DNA from: Caulobacter sp.
GTDB lineage: Bacteria; Pseudomonadota; Alphaproteobacteria; Caulobacterales; Caulobacteraceae
Direction of reading: 5' to 3'
Assembly (NCBI RefSeq): GCF_965279145.1
Contig: NZ_OZ257139.1
Location: forward strand, 4,011,571 to 4,075,570
Length of the DNA stretch: 64,000 bases
Shown: in pieces, positions 46,062-59,495 of the stretch
Layout: every line of letters starts with the position of its first letter
How positions within the stretch are numbered: position 1 is the first letter of the stretch
Notes under the pieces: model-generated
Database searches by the model: none
What the model was told of the DNA's origin: nothing
What the model saw: only the letters and a program-made list of their open reading frames with translations
Translations under genes and position numbers: made by a program

Positions 46062-49000
46062 ATGTTAAATAGAACAACGCGGCATTACGCGCTCTATGCT
46101 TGCGCTATTTCCACCATTATTTCTCCCATCGCCTTCTCAACACCCGCGCGCGCCGAGACGCGTGAGATTTCAACGATCAATTTCGACATTCCGTCTCAAC
46201 CTCTGCCCAGCGCTTTGAACGCCTACGCGAAGCAGGCCGGGATCCAGATCTTCTTTCCGAGCAAACAGATCGCCACGATCCCGTCCGCGCCGCTCAAGGG
46301 CGCTCTCACCGGCGAGGAAGCCCTGCGTCGCCTGATCGCGGGCAGCGGTCTCGAGGTCGCGCAGCGCTCCGGCGGCACGATCATGCTGCGTCTGGCTCGT
46401 CGTCCGACGCCGACGGCCTCCGCCGACGGCGCGCCGCTTTCGGCGGACACCGCCGAGACGGTAGAGGAGATCATCGTCACCGGCTCGCGTATCGCGCGAG
46501 CGGCGCGGGAAAGCTCCACGGCCGTCTCGACCCTCGGTCGTGACGCGATCGAGGCAAGCGGCGCTTCGGTGCTCGAAGATGTCCTCACGCGCGAGCCGCA
46601 GTTCGCGGGCGGCCAGACGTCGCGCTCCAACAATCCGGGCACGGGCGCGGCCCAGATCGACCTGCGAGGCCTGGGCACGGCGCGCAATCTGGTGCTGGTC
46701 AACGGTCGGCGCTACGTCTTCTTTGGCATCGACCAGGTCACCGACATCAACACGATCCCCTCCGCGCTGGTCGAGCGCGTCGAGGTCGTGACCGGCGGCT
46801 CCTCGGCCGTCTACGGCTCCGACGCAATCGCCGGGGTCACCAACTTCATTCTGCGCAAGGACTTCGAGGGCTTCGAAGCCAAGGCCCAAGTCGGCGGTGC
46901 GACTCGCGGTGATGCACGCAGCGGCAACCTCGACCTGACCTGGGGCGCGAACTTCGCCGAGGATCGCGGCAACATCGTGCTGTCGAGCAACTATTACGAG
47001 CGCGACGGCGTGCGCCAGGCTGCCCGCGCATACTCCAACTTCGCGCTGACCGATGGCGCCGACAGCGCCGGCAAGCCGATCCTGACCGCGCGCGGTTCGC
47101 TGCAATCGCCCAACGGCAGCTTTTCCAACATCCCCTACGGATCGCAGCTCAACGCGGCGAACCTGGCCGGCCTGAAGGTGGCGCTGGCGGCCGCGGGTCT
47201 CTCCAATATCGGCTCGGCGGGCTTCACCTTCGACGGCGCCGGATCGGCGGCGCGTGTCTACAGAGATCCCGCCGACCGCTACAATTTCGCGCCGCTCAAC
47301 TACCTGATCATTCCGGCCAAGCGCTATGGCCTGTCAGGCTTCGGTCATTTCGACATCACCGACAAGATCACCGCCTACAGCGAGTTCGCCTACTATCGCA
47401 GCGAGGTCGACATGCAGCTTGCAGAGAGCAACCTGTCGACGATCCTGCCGATCGGGGTGAACAACCCTTACGTCTCGTCGGCGATTCAGGACGTTTTCCG
47501 CCAGCTCGACATGTCGGAGACCGGCGCCAGCAAGAACGACGGGCTCGTCAACCTGCGCATCGCCCGGCGCTTCCAGGAGTTCGGCGCCCGCCAAGCGCTG
47601 GTCACGCGTGACACCTATCGCGTGGGCGGCGGCGTTCGGGGTTCGCTTCCCGATTTCAACGACACCTTTCTGCGCGACAACAAGTTCGACGTCTCGTACT
47701 TCTATGGTCAGGCCGACAGCGTCACTCATCTGAACAATCTGGTCTCGCTGAGCAAGCTCAAGGCGGGCCTGCTGAGCAGCAACGGCGCCAAGCCGCTGGT
47801 CAATATCTTCGGCGAGGGCGGCATCTCCGCCGAGGCCGTCAAGGCGCTGTCGATCGACACCAGCAACCCCTCGACCAGCCGCCAGCACATCGCCTCGGCC
47901 AATGTCTCCAGCAATCTGCTGGCCCTGCCCGCCGGTCCGTTGGGCGTGGCCTTCGGCCTTGAATGGCGCTCGGCCTACGCTCGCTCGCTGCCCGACGCGG
48001 CCTTGGCCAGCGGCGATGGCGTGGGCTTCGACAGCTTCCTGCCGACCAAGGGCAAGGTGAACGTCTACGAGGCGTTCGGGGAAACGCGCGCGCCAATCCT
48101 GTCGAAGGAGTCGCCCGTCGGTTCGGTCACCGCCAACGGCGGCTTCCGTTTCTCGCATTATGACATCCCGGGCGCCGACAGAGTCTGGACATATCTGGGC
48201 GGCCTGGAATGGGCGCCGATCCAGGATCTGCGTCTGCGCGGACAATCACAGCACGCGGTTCGCGCGCCGAACATCGGCGAGTTGTTCGGCGGTCAGTCGG
48301 CCGACCGTCCGCGGGCCAGCGACCCGTGCGCGGCCGCATCGGCGGCCACGGACGCCAAGCTGCGCGCGCTCTGCGTCGCAACCGGCGTGCCGACCGGCAT
48401 GGTGGGCGACGCCAGCTTGCAAAGCGGCGACCGGCTGGACGTGCTTTACGGCGGCAACCTCGACCTGACCGTCGAGACCTCGGACACCTATAGCCTCGGC
48501 TTCACGCTCACGCCGCGCTTCATTCCGGATCTGTCGGTGTCGGTCGACTATTTCAACATCCAGGTGAAAGACGCGATCGCTCCGCTCGCGGGCGGCGTCA
48601 CCAGCATCTTCAACCTGTGCTACTCGGTGATTCAAGACGCCAACAGCGCGGTCTGCAAGGCGGTGCGCCGCAATCCGGCCGATGGCCGCATCGAGGCGCC
48701 CTACAGCGTGCTCGCGGCGAACACCAACATCGGCAAGCTCAAGACCTCTGGTGTCGACTTCAACCTGGCCTGGAAGACCCCCTTGGGCTTTGGCCTGCTG
48801 AGCGCCGACAGCGCGTTGAACCTCGACCTGCGCGGCACTTGGCTGGAATCATACTCGATCACCCCGGTTCAGGATCTGCGGGATCAGGTGAACGCGTGCG
48901 TCGGCGCCTTTGGCCTGACCTGCGGCGACCCCCGCCCACGCCTGAAGACGGTCGCACGCCTCAGCTGGAACACCGGGCCGTTGTCGCTTCGGCTGCAACA

Positions 49001-49298
49001 TCGCTACATCGGTGAGGTCACGGACGATCGGATCGTGATCCCGCGCCGTCGCGGCGTCGCGGGGCCACCGGAGTCCAGCTTCGCGGCCCCGACGATGGGC
49101 GCGCGCAACTACATCGACATCTCGTTCAACTTCAACGTCCCGGGCGAGCGACTGTCCGTCTACGGCGGGGTCAACAACGTGTTCGATATCGACCCGCCGA
49201 TCGTCGGCGCCTCGCAGCAACAGGCGAACACCTATCCGTCGACCTACGACGCGCTGGGGGCCGAGTACTTCCTTGGCGTCAAGGTGCGCTTCCAGTGA
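46062..49298 (+). CDS. TonB-dependent receptor with N-terminal STN signalling domain
   Basis: FDIPSQPL..AL.AYAKQAGIQIF (STN), EEIIVTGSRI, SAVYGSDAIAGVTNFIL, C-terminal Phe. Start placed at ATG 46062. Confidence 0.93.
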   Translation: MLNRTTRHYALYACAISTIISPIAFSTPARAETREISTINFDIPSQPLPSALNAYAKQAGIQIFFPSKQIATIPSAPLKGALTGEEALRRLIAGSGLEVAQRSGGTIMLRLARRPTPTASADGAPLSADTAETVEEIIVTGSRIARAARESSTAVSTLGRDAIEASGASVLEDVLTREPQFAGGQTSRSNNPGTGAAQIDLRGLGTARNLVLVNGRRYVFFGIDQVTDINTIPSALVERVEVVTGGSSAVYGSDAIAGVTNFILRKDFEGFEAKAQVGGATRGDARSGNLDLTWGANFAEDRGNIVLSSNYYERDGVRQAARAYSNFALTDGADSAGKPILTARGSLQSPNGSFSNIPYGSQLNAANLAGLKVALAAAGLSNIGSAGFTFDGAGSAARVYRDPADRYNFAPLNYLIIPAKRYGLSGFGHFDITDKITAYSEFAYYRSEVDMQLAESNLSTILPIGVNNPYVSSAIQDVFRQLDMSETGASKNDGLVNLRIARRFQEFGARQALVTRDTYRVGGGVRGSLPDFNDTFLRDNKFDVSYFYGQADSVTHLNNLVSLSKLKAGLLSSNGAKPLVNIFGEGGISAEAVKALSIDTSNPSTSRQHIASANVSSNLLALPAGPLGVAFGLEWRSAYARSLPDAALASGDGVGFDSFLPTKGKVNVYEAFGETRAPILSKESPVGSVTANGGFRFSHYDIPGADRVWTYLGGLEWAPIQDLRLRGQSQHAVRAPNIGELFGGQSADRPRASDPCAAASAATDAKLRALCVATGVPTGMVGDASLQSGDRLDVLYGGNLDLTVETSDTYSLGFTLTPRFIPDLSVSVDYFNIQVKDAIAPLAGGVTSIFNLCYSVIQDANSAVCKAVRRNPADGRIEAPYSVLAANTNIGKLKTSGVDFNLAWKTPLGFGLLSADSALNLDLRGTWLESYSITPVQDLRDQVNACVGAFGLTCGDPRPRLKTVARLSWNTGPLSLRLQHRYIGEVTDDRIVIPRRRGVAGPPESSFAAPTMGARNYIDISFNFNVPGERLSVYGGVNNVFDIDPPIVGASQQQANTYPSTYDALGAEYFLGVKVRFQ

Positions 49299-49309
49299 GG
49301 CGGGGCCCG

Positions 49310-50884
49310 ATGACTATCGCGCGTCGCGCCCTCCTTCAGGCCGGCGGTCTGGTGCTGGTCACGGGCCTGTCCGCCGGACCGGTTTGGTCGCAAGGCCTGG
49401 GCGCCGATCCCTTCACCTTGGGCGTGGCTTCCGGTGATCCGGCGCCGGACGGTTTCGTGATCTGGACGCGGCTGGCGAACCGCCCGCTGGAGTTCGGCGG
49501 CGGAATGCCCATGCGCGCCATCCCGGTGCGCTGGGAAGTGTCGGCGGATGAGGGCTTCACCAGGATCGTCGCGTCGGGTGAGACACTCGCGCGCCCGGAA
49601 TTGGGCCACTCGGTTCATGTCGAGATCGGGGGGCTAAAATCCGCGACGCGGTATTGGTACCGGTTCTTCGCGGCCGCGGAGACCAGTCGCGTGGGAACCG
49701 CGCGCTCAGCGCCTGAAGCAGGCGCGCAAGCCGACCGGCTTCGTATCGGCGTAGCTGGCTGCCAGCACTACGAGGCCGGTCTCTACACGGCCTATCGCCA
49801 CCTGAGCGAGGAGTCGGACCTGGACGCGATATTCCACTACGGCGACTATATCTACGAGGGGGCTGCGGGTAAGGGGTGCCCCGTCGCGTGGGGCAGCGCC
49901 GACAAGGGGCGCGTGTGCTTCCGCAAGCACGTGGGCGAAGAACTCTATTCGCTCGACGACTACCGGCGGCGATACGCTCAGTACAAGACCGACCCTGACC
50001 TGCAGGCGGCTCACGCCGCGGCCGCCTTCATCGTCTCGTTTGACGACCACGAGGTCGATAACAACTGGGCCGGCGACGACGACCAAGACGCCACGCCACG
50101 CGAGGTGTTCCGCTTGCGTCGCGCCGCGGCCCTGCAGGCTTGGTACGAGAACATGCCGGTCCGAAGGGCGCAGTTCCCCGCTGGAGGCCATGTGCGCATG
50201 CATCGCAGAATCGACTATGGCGACCTTTTGCGCCTTCATGTCCTCGACACTCGGCAGTACCGCAGTGGCCAGATCTGTGGCGCAAAGGCGCCTGACGGTT
50301 GCCTGCCACTGAACGATCCCAGCCGTCCGAGCATCCTGGGCGAAGGCCAGTCAGTCTGGCTGGAGGAGGGGCTCGGCGGCGAGGCGCGCTGGAACCTGTT
50401 GGCCCAACAGGTAATGGTCATGCCTTTGGCGTATCCCGCCAAGGGCATGACCGGCGGCGCGAATACCGACAGTTGGAGCGGCTATCCCGCTAGTCGCGAA
50501 CGCTTGGTCGCCGCGATACAGTCGCGGGGCCTGACCAATGTGGTGATCGCCACCGGGGACGTGCATCAACACCACGCTGGGGTGCTGCCGGCCCGGGCTG
50601 GCGCGCTGGACAGCGCGGCGGTCGCTACCGAGTTCGTTGCCTCCTCGATCAGTTCCGGCAGCGACGGCTTCATTATGGCCGAGGACTGGAAGGACGTTCC
50701 GGCGAATAATCCCCATTGCCAGCTCTTTGACGCCCGACGCGGCTATCAGATTTTCAATGTCGGACGCGATATCTGGCGCACGGAGGTCAAGGTTGTCGAC
50801 AAGGTCACAGCGCCGGGCGGCGCGCTTTCGACCGTGGCGCAGCTTGTCGTTGATCGCCGCCGCCCCGGATTTTCCTTTGCGTGA
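49310..50884 (+). CDS. phoD: PhoD-family alkaline phosphatase/phosphodiesterase, Tat-exported
   Basis: ARRALL leader; LGVASGDP, GDYIYE, DDHEVDNNW, LDTRQYR, DSWSGY, TGDVH. Confidence 0.93.
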   Translation: MTIARRALLQAGGLVLVTGLSAGPVWSQGLGADPFTLGVASGDPAPDGFVIWTRLANRPLEFGGGMPMRAIPVRWEVSADEGFTRIVASGETLARPELGHSVHVEIGGLKSATRYWYRFFAAAETSRVGTARSAPEAGAQADRLRIGVAGCQHYEAGLYTAYRHLSEESDLDAIFHYGDYIYEGAAGKGCPVAWGSADKGRVCFRKHVGEELYSLDDYRRRYAQYKTDPDLQAAHAAAAFIVSFDDHEVDNNWAGDDDQDATPREVFRLRRAAALQAWYENMPVRRAQFPAGGHVRMHRRIDYGDLLRLHVLDTRQYRSGQICGAKAPDGCLPLNDPSRPSILGEGQSVWLEEGLGGEARWNLLAQQVMVMPLAYPAKGMTGGANTDSWSGYPASRERLVAAIQSRGLTNVVIATGDVHQHHAGVLPARAGALDSAAVATEFVASSISSGSDGFIMAEDWKDVPANNPHCQLFDARRGYQIFNVGRDIWRTEVKVVDKVTAPGGALSTVAQLVVDRRRPGFSFA

Positions 50885-50974
50885 AAGCTGGCAGGTTCAT
50901 GCGATCGCGCGGACCTTGATTGGCGATAGTGCGATCAGCGACTGTTCGACGCCAACGCCCAAAAGCTCGCCACG

Positions 50975-51155
50975 GCGAAATCAATATGGCGATGATGACG
51001 AAGCCCATGAAGTTGGCGAGCAGCTTGTCATGGCGGGTGGCGACGCGGCGGAGGTGCTTGAGTTTGTTGAAGAAGCGTTCAACGCGATTGCGCTCTTTGT
51101 GGACGTCGGTGTCTTAGGCGTGCTGGACGCGACGGTTGCGCTTGGGCGGAATGAC
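50975..51155 (-). pseudogene. IS5-family transposase C-terminal remnant
   Basis: - strand reads VIPPKRNRRVQHA*DTDVHKERNRVERFFNKLKHLRRVATRHDKLLANFMGFV, with an in-frame TAA at 51114-51116. Left end approximate. Confidence 0.85.
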
Positions 51156-51528
51156 TAGCGCGGCTCCAGCTTGCGGCATGGCGTTGCGGAGTCGGTCTGC
51201 GCCTTGTCGAGCCACTTATTGGCCCACTCTCCATACGTTCTGGCGTCTTGCAGCTTGGCCATGGCACGCCGCTTGTCGATAATGGGCGAACGCCCTTCCC
51301 GGACCTCCTTGCGAGCGGCCATCGCCAGTTCCCGAGCCCTCACCAGAGTGATGACATCTGGCCCGTACCGGCCCAGAGTCAGGCTCTGGCGGCGACCGTT
51401 CATCCGGTAGCCGAGGCGGAACGAGATCGCTCCAGCCGGAGAGACGGTGACGTAAATGCCGTCACGGTCGCGACCTCGTGGATTTTATCACGGGGTTTCA
51501 GGGACTTGAGCTTGCTGTCGCTCAACAC
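51155..51528 (-). pseudogene. P4-like tyrosine integrase, N-terminal arm-binding fragment
   Basis: GTG 51528: MLSDSKLKSLKPRDKIHEV, a 1-nt frameshift near 51470, then DRDGIYVTVSPAGAISFRLGYRMNGRRQSLTLGRYG. Truncated after about 124 codons; no catalytic domain. Confidence 0.88.
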
Positions 51529-51635
51529 TGACGGTCTCCGGCTGGCCCTGAAAGCGGCCGAAAGCGCGCGAAAACGCCGTCAGCCCTAAAGCCAAACGAA
51601 GAGCGCGCCGGCGATAGCCCCGAAACGACGCCCCG

Positions 51636-53195
51636 TCATTCCCACTCGATCGTGCCGGGCGGCTTGCTCGTCACGTCATAGACGACGCGGTTGACGCCCC
51701 GGACTTCATTGATGATGCGGGTGGCGGTCTTGCCCAGCACGTCCCAGGGGAACTCGAAGAAGTCGGCGGTCATGCCGTCGGTCGAGGTCACGGCACGCAG
51801 GGCCAGGACGTTCTCGTAGGTGCGGGCGTCGCCCATCACGCCGACGGTCTTGACCGGCAGCAGCACCGCGAAGGCCTGCCAGATCTTGTCGTAGAGACCC
51901 GCCTCGCGGATGGCTTCCAGATAGATGGCGTCGGCCTGCTGCAGCACCGCGACCTTCTCGGGCGTGATGTCGCCAGGGATGCGGATGGCCAGACCCGGAC
52001 CCGGGAACGGATGGCGTCCCACGAAAGCCGGAGCCAGGCCCAGTTCGACGCCCAGGGCGCGGACCTCGTCCTTGAACAGCTCGCGCAGCGGCTCGACCAG
52101 CTTCAGCTTCATGAAGTCAGGCAGACCGCCCACATTGTGGTGGCTCTTGATCACCGCCGAGGGGCCGCCGCGCGCCGAGACGCTCTCGACCACGTCCGGA
52201 TAGAGCGTGCCCTGGGCCAGGAAGTCGGCGCCGTCGATCTTGGCGGCTTCGCGGTCGAAGATGTCGATGAACTTGCCGCCGATGATCTTGCGCTTGGTCT
52301 CCGGGTCGCTGACCCCGGCGAGGGCGCCCAGGAACTCGGCCCCGGCGTCCACATGGACCAGCGGAATATTGTAGTGGTCGCGGAACAGGGTGACGACCTG
52401 CTCGGCCTCGTTGTGGCGCAGCAGGCCGGTGTCGACGAACACGCAGGTCAGCTGGTCGCCGATGGCTTCGTGGATCAGCACGGCGGCCACCGAGCTGTCG
52501 ACGCCGCCCGACAGGCCGCAGATCACCTTGCCGGTTCCGACCTGGGCGCGGATCTTCTCGACCATCTCCTGCCGGAACGCGGCCATGGTCCAGTCGCCGC
52601 GCAGACCGGCGAGCTTGAGGAAGTTGCGATAGACCTGTGTGCCGTTGACGGTGTGGACCACCTCGGGGTGGAACTGCACCGCATAGATCTTGCGGGCGTC
52701 GTCGGCGATGGCCGCGAAGGGCGCGCCGTTCGAGGTGGCGATCACCTCGAAGCCGTCCGGGATGGCGGTGACGCGGTCGCCGTGGCTCATCCAGACGGTT
52801 TCCAGCTCGCCGACGCCGGCCAGGCCTTCGAACAGCGGACTGGTCTTGCCGATGGTCAGCTCGGCGCGACCGAACTCGCCGGCGTGGCCGCCCTCGACCT
52901 TGCCGCCCAGCACGTCGCACAGCAGTTGCTGGCCGTAGCAGATGGCCAGCAGCGGCACGCCCAGCTCGAACAGCTTCTTGCCGATGCGGGGGCTGTCGGC
53001 TTCCAACACGCTGGCGGGGCCGCCCGACAGGATGATCGCCGAAGGGGCGTAGTCATCGACAATGGCCTCGGCCTTGTCGAACGGATGGATCTCGCAATAG
53101 ACGCCCGCCTCGCGCACCCGGCGGGCGATGAGCTGGGTCACCTGGCTGCCGAAATCAACGATCAGAACGCGCTGGTGATGGACGGGGGCGGTCAT
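51636..53195 (-). CDS. guaA: GMP synthase (glutamine-hydrolysing)
   Basis: [43 protein letters not shown]. Confidence 0.98.
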   Translation of the reverse strand: MTAPVHHQRVLIVDFGSQVTQLIARRVREAGVYCEIHPFDKAEAIVDDYAPSAIILSGGPASVLEADSPRIGKKLFELGVPLLAICYGQQLLCDVLGGKVEGGHAGEFGRAELTIGKTSPLFEGLAGVGELETVWMSHGDRVTAIPDGFEVIATSNGAPFAAIADDARKIYAVQFHPEVVHTVNGTQVYRNFLKLAGLRGDWTMAAFRQEMVEKIRAQVGTGKVICGLSGGVDSSVAAVLIHEAIGDQLTCVFVDTGLLRHNEAEQVVTLFRDHYNIPLVHVDAGAEFLGALAGVSDPETKRKIIGGKFIDIFDREAAKIDGADFLAQGTLYPDVVESVSARGGPSAVIKSHHNVGGLPDFMKLKLVEPLRELFKDEVRALGVELGLAPAFVGRHPFPGPGLAIRIPGDITPEKVAVLQQADAIYLEAIREAGLYDKIWQAFAVLLPVKTVGVMGDARTYENVLALRAVTSTDGMTADFFEFPWDVLGKTATRIINEVRGVNRVVYDVTSKPPGTIEWE

Positions 53196-53223
53196 GGGCG
53201 ATGGGTCTCCGGCGTGTTCAGGA

Positions 53224-53247
53224 CCTCCTCCCCCAAGGGGAGAAGGA
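53224..53247. repeat. CCTTCTCCCC..GGGGAGGAGG-type palindromic repeat (single arm)
   Basis: cctcctcccccaaggggagaagg hairpin between the RsmB-like gene and guaA. Confidence 0.5.
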
Positions 53248-53250
53248 CTC

Positions 53251-54519
53251 TTATGTTCGTTCCAGCACGGCGGCGAAGAAGCCGTCCGTACCGGCGGTGT
53301 GGGGCGTCAGGCGCAGGTAGCCCTGGGCGCTGACATGTCCGGCGACCGCCTCGAAGGCGATCGGCTTGACGGCGAAGTCGGGCCGGCGCGCCAGGAAGGC
53401 GGCGACGCGGTCCTCGTTCTCCTCGACCAGCAGCGAGCAGGTCACATAGACGAGGCGCCCGCCCGGTTTGACGAAGTCGGCGGCGTCGATCAGCACGCTG
53501 TCCTGCTCGATCTGGCGCTTGGCCAGCTGGTCGGGTGACAAACGCCATTTCGCATCAGGGTGACGGCGCCAGGTGCCTGAACCGGTGCAGGGCGCATCGA
53601 CGAAGACGACGTCCAGCTTGCCTTCCAGGCCCTTCAGGGGTTCGGCCTCGATCGGCGAGCGGATCTGCAGGTTGCGGACCCCTGCCCTCTGGCCGCGACG
53701 GATCGTGTCGGCCAGGCGGCGGGCGTCGCTGTCGTGGGCGAAGATCTGGCCGGTGTTGTTCATGGCCGCGGCCAGGGCCAGGGTCTTGCCCCCGCCCCCG
53801 GCGCAGAAGTCCAGCACCTGCTTGCCCTTGATCTCGCCGGCCATCGTGGCGGCGATCTGGGAGCCCAGGTCCTGCACCTCGAACCAGCCCTTGGAGAAGG
53901 CCGGGACGGCCTCGACCGAAGGCGTGCGATCGGCCGCTTGCGGCGCGGGAATGCGGAAAGCGTTTTCCAGCACGCCGGCCGGCTCGCCGCCGATGAGGGC
54001 GACGGCTTTGGCGCCTCGCTCGGCGTCGGTCTTGATGGTGTTGATGCGCAGGTCGACGGGGGCCCGTTGCGACAGGGCCGCCATCTCGTCGCGCACGCCA
54101 TCGCCCAGAGCCCGGGCCAGGAAGGGCTCAAGCCAGTCGGGATAGTCACCCGCGACCGCCGCCCGCGCGTCCGTCAGCGAGGCGGGCGTCGCCAGCGCCT
54201 TGATCTCGGCCTCGGCCAGAGCGCCGGGACCGTGCTCCTCGCCCGCCATCTCGGCGACGCGTTCGGCTGACCAGCCCCAGACATGGGCCAGCACGCCCAG
54301 CACCACGCCGCGCGCGCTGCTGTCGCCCATCATGAAGCCCAGCGAGCGCTTGCGACGCAGGGCGTCCAGCACCAGGCCCGAGACGAACGCCCGGTCCTTG
54401 GAGCCGGCATAGCGCGCGCTCTCGCCCCAGCGCTTAAGCGCCATCTTCACCGGAAAATGCCGCGCCTCGATCTCGGCCAGAACCTCGATCGCTGCTGAAA
54501 CCCGTCCTCCGTCCCGCAT
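53251..54519 (-). CDS. RsmB/NOP2/NSUN family RNA m5C methyltransferase
   Basis: [45 protein letters not shown]. Confidence 0.93.
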   Translation of the reverse strand: MRDGGRVSAAIEVLAEIEARHFPVKMALKRWGESARYAGSKDRAFVSGLVLDALRRKRSLGFMMGDSSARGVVLGVLAHVWGWSAERVAEMAGEEHGPGALAEAEIKALATPASLTDARAAVAGDYPDWLEPFLARALGDGVRDEMAALSQRAPVDLRINTIKTDAERGAKAVALIGGEPAGVLENAFRIPAPQAADRTPSVEAVPAFSKGWFEVQDLGSQIAATMAGEIKGKQVLDFCAGGGGKTLALAAAMNNTGQIFAHDSDARRLADTIRRGQRAGVRNLQIRSPIEAEPLKGLEGKLDVVFVDAPCTGSGTWRRHPDAKWRLSPDQLAKRQIEQDSVLIDAADFVKPGGRLVYVTCSLLVEENEDRVAAFLARRPDFAVKPIAFEAVAGHVSAQGYLRLTPHTAGTDGFFAAVLERT

Positions 54520-54523
54520 GGTC

Positions 54524-54919
54524 TCAGACCACCATGGCCGCGAGGACCATCCCGAGACCGATCAAGGACAAAAGCCAGACCAAGCTGCGAACATAGGGAA
54601 TGCCGAACGCATAGAGCGGCATATAGACCACTCGGGCCGCCACATAGAGCAGCGCGCCATGGGCGGTCAGATAGCCGATCCGGCCCGACAGATAGGTGAC
54701 GAGCACGGCGGCGGCGAACAGCGGGAAGGTCTCGCGGAAATTGGCGAAGGCGCGTTCGAGGCGCCCCGCCATTCCGGTCAGGACCACCGGTTCGTCGCGC
54801 GGGCCGACGTTCCACTTCAGACCCCGCTGCGGTTGCGCGGCGGCGGCGGCCCACAGCAGGTGGACCAGTCCGACCAGGACCGCGATGGCGAGGAGTTGAA
54901 GTTCGACGGCGACCCGCAT
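54524..54919 (-). CDS. MAPEG family membrane protein
   Basis: WNVGPRD, RAFANFRETFPLF, ARVVYMPLY. Confidence 0.88.
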   Translation of the reverse strand: MRVAVELQLLAIAVLVGLVHLLWAAAAAQPQRGLKWNVGPRDEPVVLTGMAGRLERAFANFRETFPLFAAAVLVTYLSGRIGYLTAHGALLYVAARVVYMPLYAFGIPYVRSLVWLLSLIGLGMVLAAMVV

Positions 54920-54922
54920 GAT

Positions 54923-57505
<2,583 letters not shown>

Positions 57506-57509
<4 letters not shown>

Positions 57510-58216
57510 CGCCCCCGAAACCCCGTCGCCACCAGGAACACCTCCGAGCTGTCGGCCCGGCTGGCCTTGGGCTTGTAGTGCACCACCTTGTCGAAATGCT
57601 TCTTGAGGCGGGCGATGACGTCCGCCGTCTCGCCGCCCTGGAAGGCCTTGGCGACGAAGGCTCCGCCGGGCTTGAGCACCTCGATGGCGAACTCGGCGCC
57701 CATCTCGATCAGGCCGACAATGCGAAGGTGATCGGTCTCGCGGTGGCCCACGGTATTGGGCGCCATGTCCGACAGCACCAGGTCCGGCGCGCCGCCCAGC
57801 AGCTCGATCAGCTTGGGCGGGCAGGCGTCGTCGGTGAAGTCCATCTCCAGGATGTGGGCCGGCTCGACGGGATCGACCGGCAGCAGGTCCACGCCGACCA
57901 GCTGGGTCACACCCCGCTCCACGGCGATCTGCAGCCAGCCGCCGGGCGCGCAGCCCAGATCGATGACGCGGACGCCCTTCTTGAAGAAGCCGAACTTCTC
58001 GTCGATCTCGCTGATCTTGAACGCCGCGCGGCTGCGATAGCCCATGGCGCGAGCCTTGGCCGAGAACGGATCGTTGATCTGACGCTCCAGCCAGGCCTGC
58101 TGAGAGGTGGTGCGGCCATAGGTCTTCTTCAGGCGCGCGGGCTTGGCGCGGCCGGCTTCGGTTCCCCCGGCGGGCGGCTTGACCATGCGCTTGCGCGGCG
58201 GTTCTTCATCGGTCAT
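57506..58216 (-). CDS. rlmE: 23S rRNA Um2552 methyltransferase (FtsJ/RrmJ)
   Basis: GYRSRAAFK, DLGCAPGGW, LSDMAP, KPKASR..SSE. Confidence 0.96.
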
Positions 58217-59340
58217 TCGGACACCGGCTTTGACTTGGACGCGCCGCCCCGGCGGCGCCGACGCGGGCGACGCTGCTGTTCGGACATCAGGGACATCAGG
58301 AGCCCCTCTCTAAGCCCTCGATCGGCCACACGCACGCGAGAACAGGGCCAAAGCTCCTGAACGGCCTGAAGAATCGCCGCTCCGGCCAGAACCAGATCGG
58401 CGCGGTCGGCGCCGATGCAGGGCTCCTGGGCCCGCTCGGCGGCGGTCAGGCCCAGCAGGCGATCAGCGGCGATCTCGCAGTCCTTGCGGTCCATCCACAG
58501 GCCATCGACGACGTTGCGGTCATAGCGCGGCAGACCCAGATGCAGGCCCGCCAGGCTGGTGATCGCCCCCGAGGTGCCGACCAGATGCGCCCGGTCCTGC
58601 TGGAACATCTCGCGCATGGGTTCGGCGTGCGGAAAGGCCTCGATCCGGGCCTTGACGTCATCGACCATGGCCCTGAACCAGCCCTCTTCGACCCGGTCGC
58701 CTTCCGGGAAGCGTTCGGCCAGGGTCACGACGCCGACCGGAATCGACAGCCAGGCCTTGATCGGCAGCTTCCACGCGGCGAACTGGCGCGGCTTGGCGTC
58801 CAGCCCGCCCCCCTTCAGGTCGACCCAGGACAGCTCGGTCGAGCCCCCGCCGACATCCACCACCAGGGCGCCGTCCGATTCGCGATCGAACAGGCTCATG
58901 CACCCGGCGACCGAGAGCTGGGCCTCCTCGCGCGGACTGATGATCTGCAGCTTCAGACCCGTCTCGTCGGCGACCCTCTGGACAAACTCTGCCCCGTTGT
59001 CTGCGCCCCGGCAGGCCTGGGTGGCCACGGCCTTGATCTTGACCGCCCGCCGGCGGCGGATCTTCTCGGCGCAAACCTTCAGCGCCGCCATCGAGCGATC
59101 CATGGCCGCCTCGGAGAGCCTCCCCGTCTGGGACAGGCCTTCGCCGAGACGCACGATGCGGGAATAGGCCTCGACGACGCGGAAACCGCGCGGAGACGGG
59201 GTCGCCACCAGCAGGCGGCAATTGTTGGTGCCAAGATCGAGCGCCGCATAACACGACGACTCGCCCGGCGGCCGCCGGCGCCGCCCGCTCTCCTCTCGAG
59301 GAGAAGTCGGCGCGCCGGGCGCACGCGGCGCCTCCGACAT
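58213..59340 (-). CDS. ppx: Ppx/GppA exopolyphosphatase (short form)
   Basis: ALDLGTNNCRL, ATQACR, REEA, DVGGGSTE, GLREG. Confidence 0.92.
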   Translation of the reverse strand: MSEAPRAPGAPTSPREESGRRRRPPGESSCYAALDLGTNNCRLLVATPSPRGFRVVEAYSRIVRLGEGLSQTGRLSEAAMDRSMAALKVCAEKIRRRRAVKIKAVATQACRGADNGAEFVQRVADETGLKLQIISPREEAQLSVAGCMSLFDRESDGALVVDVGGGSTELSWVDLKGGGLDAKPRQFAAWKLPIKAWLSIPVGVVTLAERFPEGDRVEEGWFRAMVDDVKARIEAFPHAEPMREMFQQDRAHLVGTSGAITSLAGLHLGLPRYDRNVVDGLWMDRKDCEIAADRLLGLTAAERAQEPCIGADRADLVLAGAAILQAVQELWPCSRVRVADRGLREGLLMSLMSEQQRRPRRRRRGGASKSKPVSE

Positions 59341-59495
59341 GGTCTTTCCACCTTGTCTCGCAGACGCCGCAAATCACGGCGCCTCACTTCGAGGCCGAAC
59401 ATAGCAACGCCCCGGCGGGGGGCGGAAGCCTTGTTATCCGTTCGCGGAACGCTCCGTTCAGGATTCAGTCAGGCGAGCCTGCTATTCTCCACATC

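Larger units (their letters stand above)
44126..51651. mobile_element. Decayed genomic island integrated at the guaA 3' end
   Basis: 12-bp direct repeat TCCCACTCGATC at 44126-44137 and 51640-51651 (the latter in the last guaA codons). Integrase remnant adjacent to guaA; cargo has visibly atypical codon use. Confidence 0.75.

Noticed and set aside
50637-51158. 173-aa + strand ORF (..EVLEFVEEAFNAIALFV..)
   Set aside because: It is the antisense reading of the IS5 transposase remnant and the phoD 3' end.
59341-59495. Possible tRNA/sRNA in the ppx-hspQ intergenic region
   Set aside because: No cloverleaf, T-loop or CCA signature; consistent with divergent promoters.
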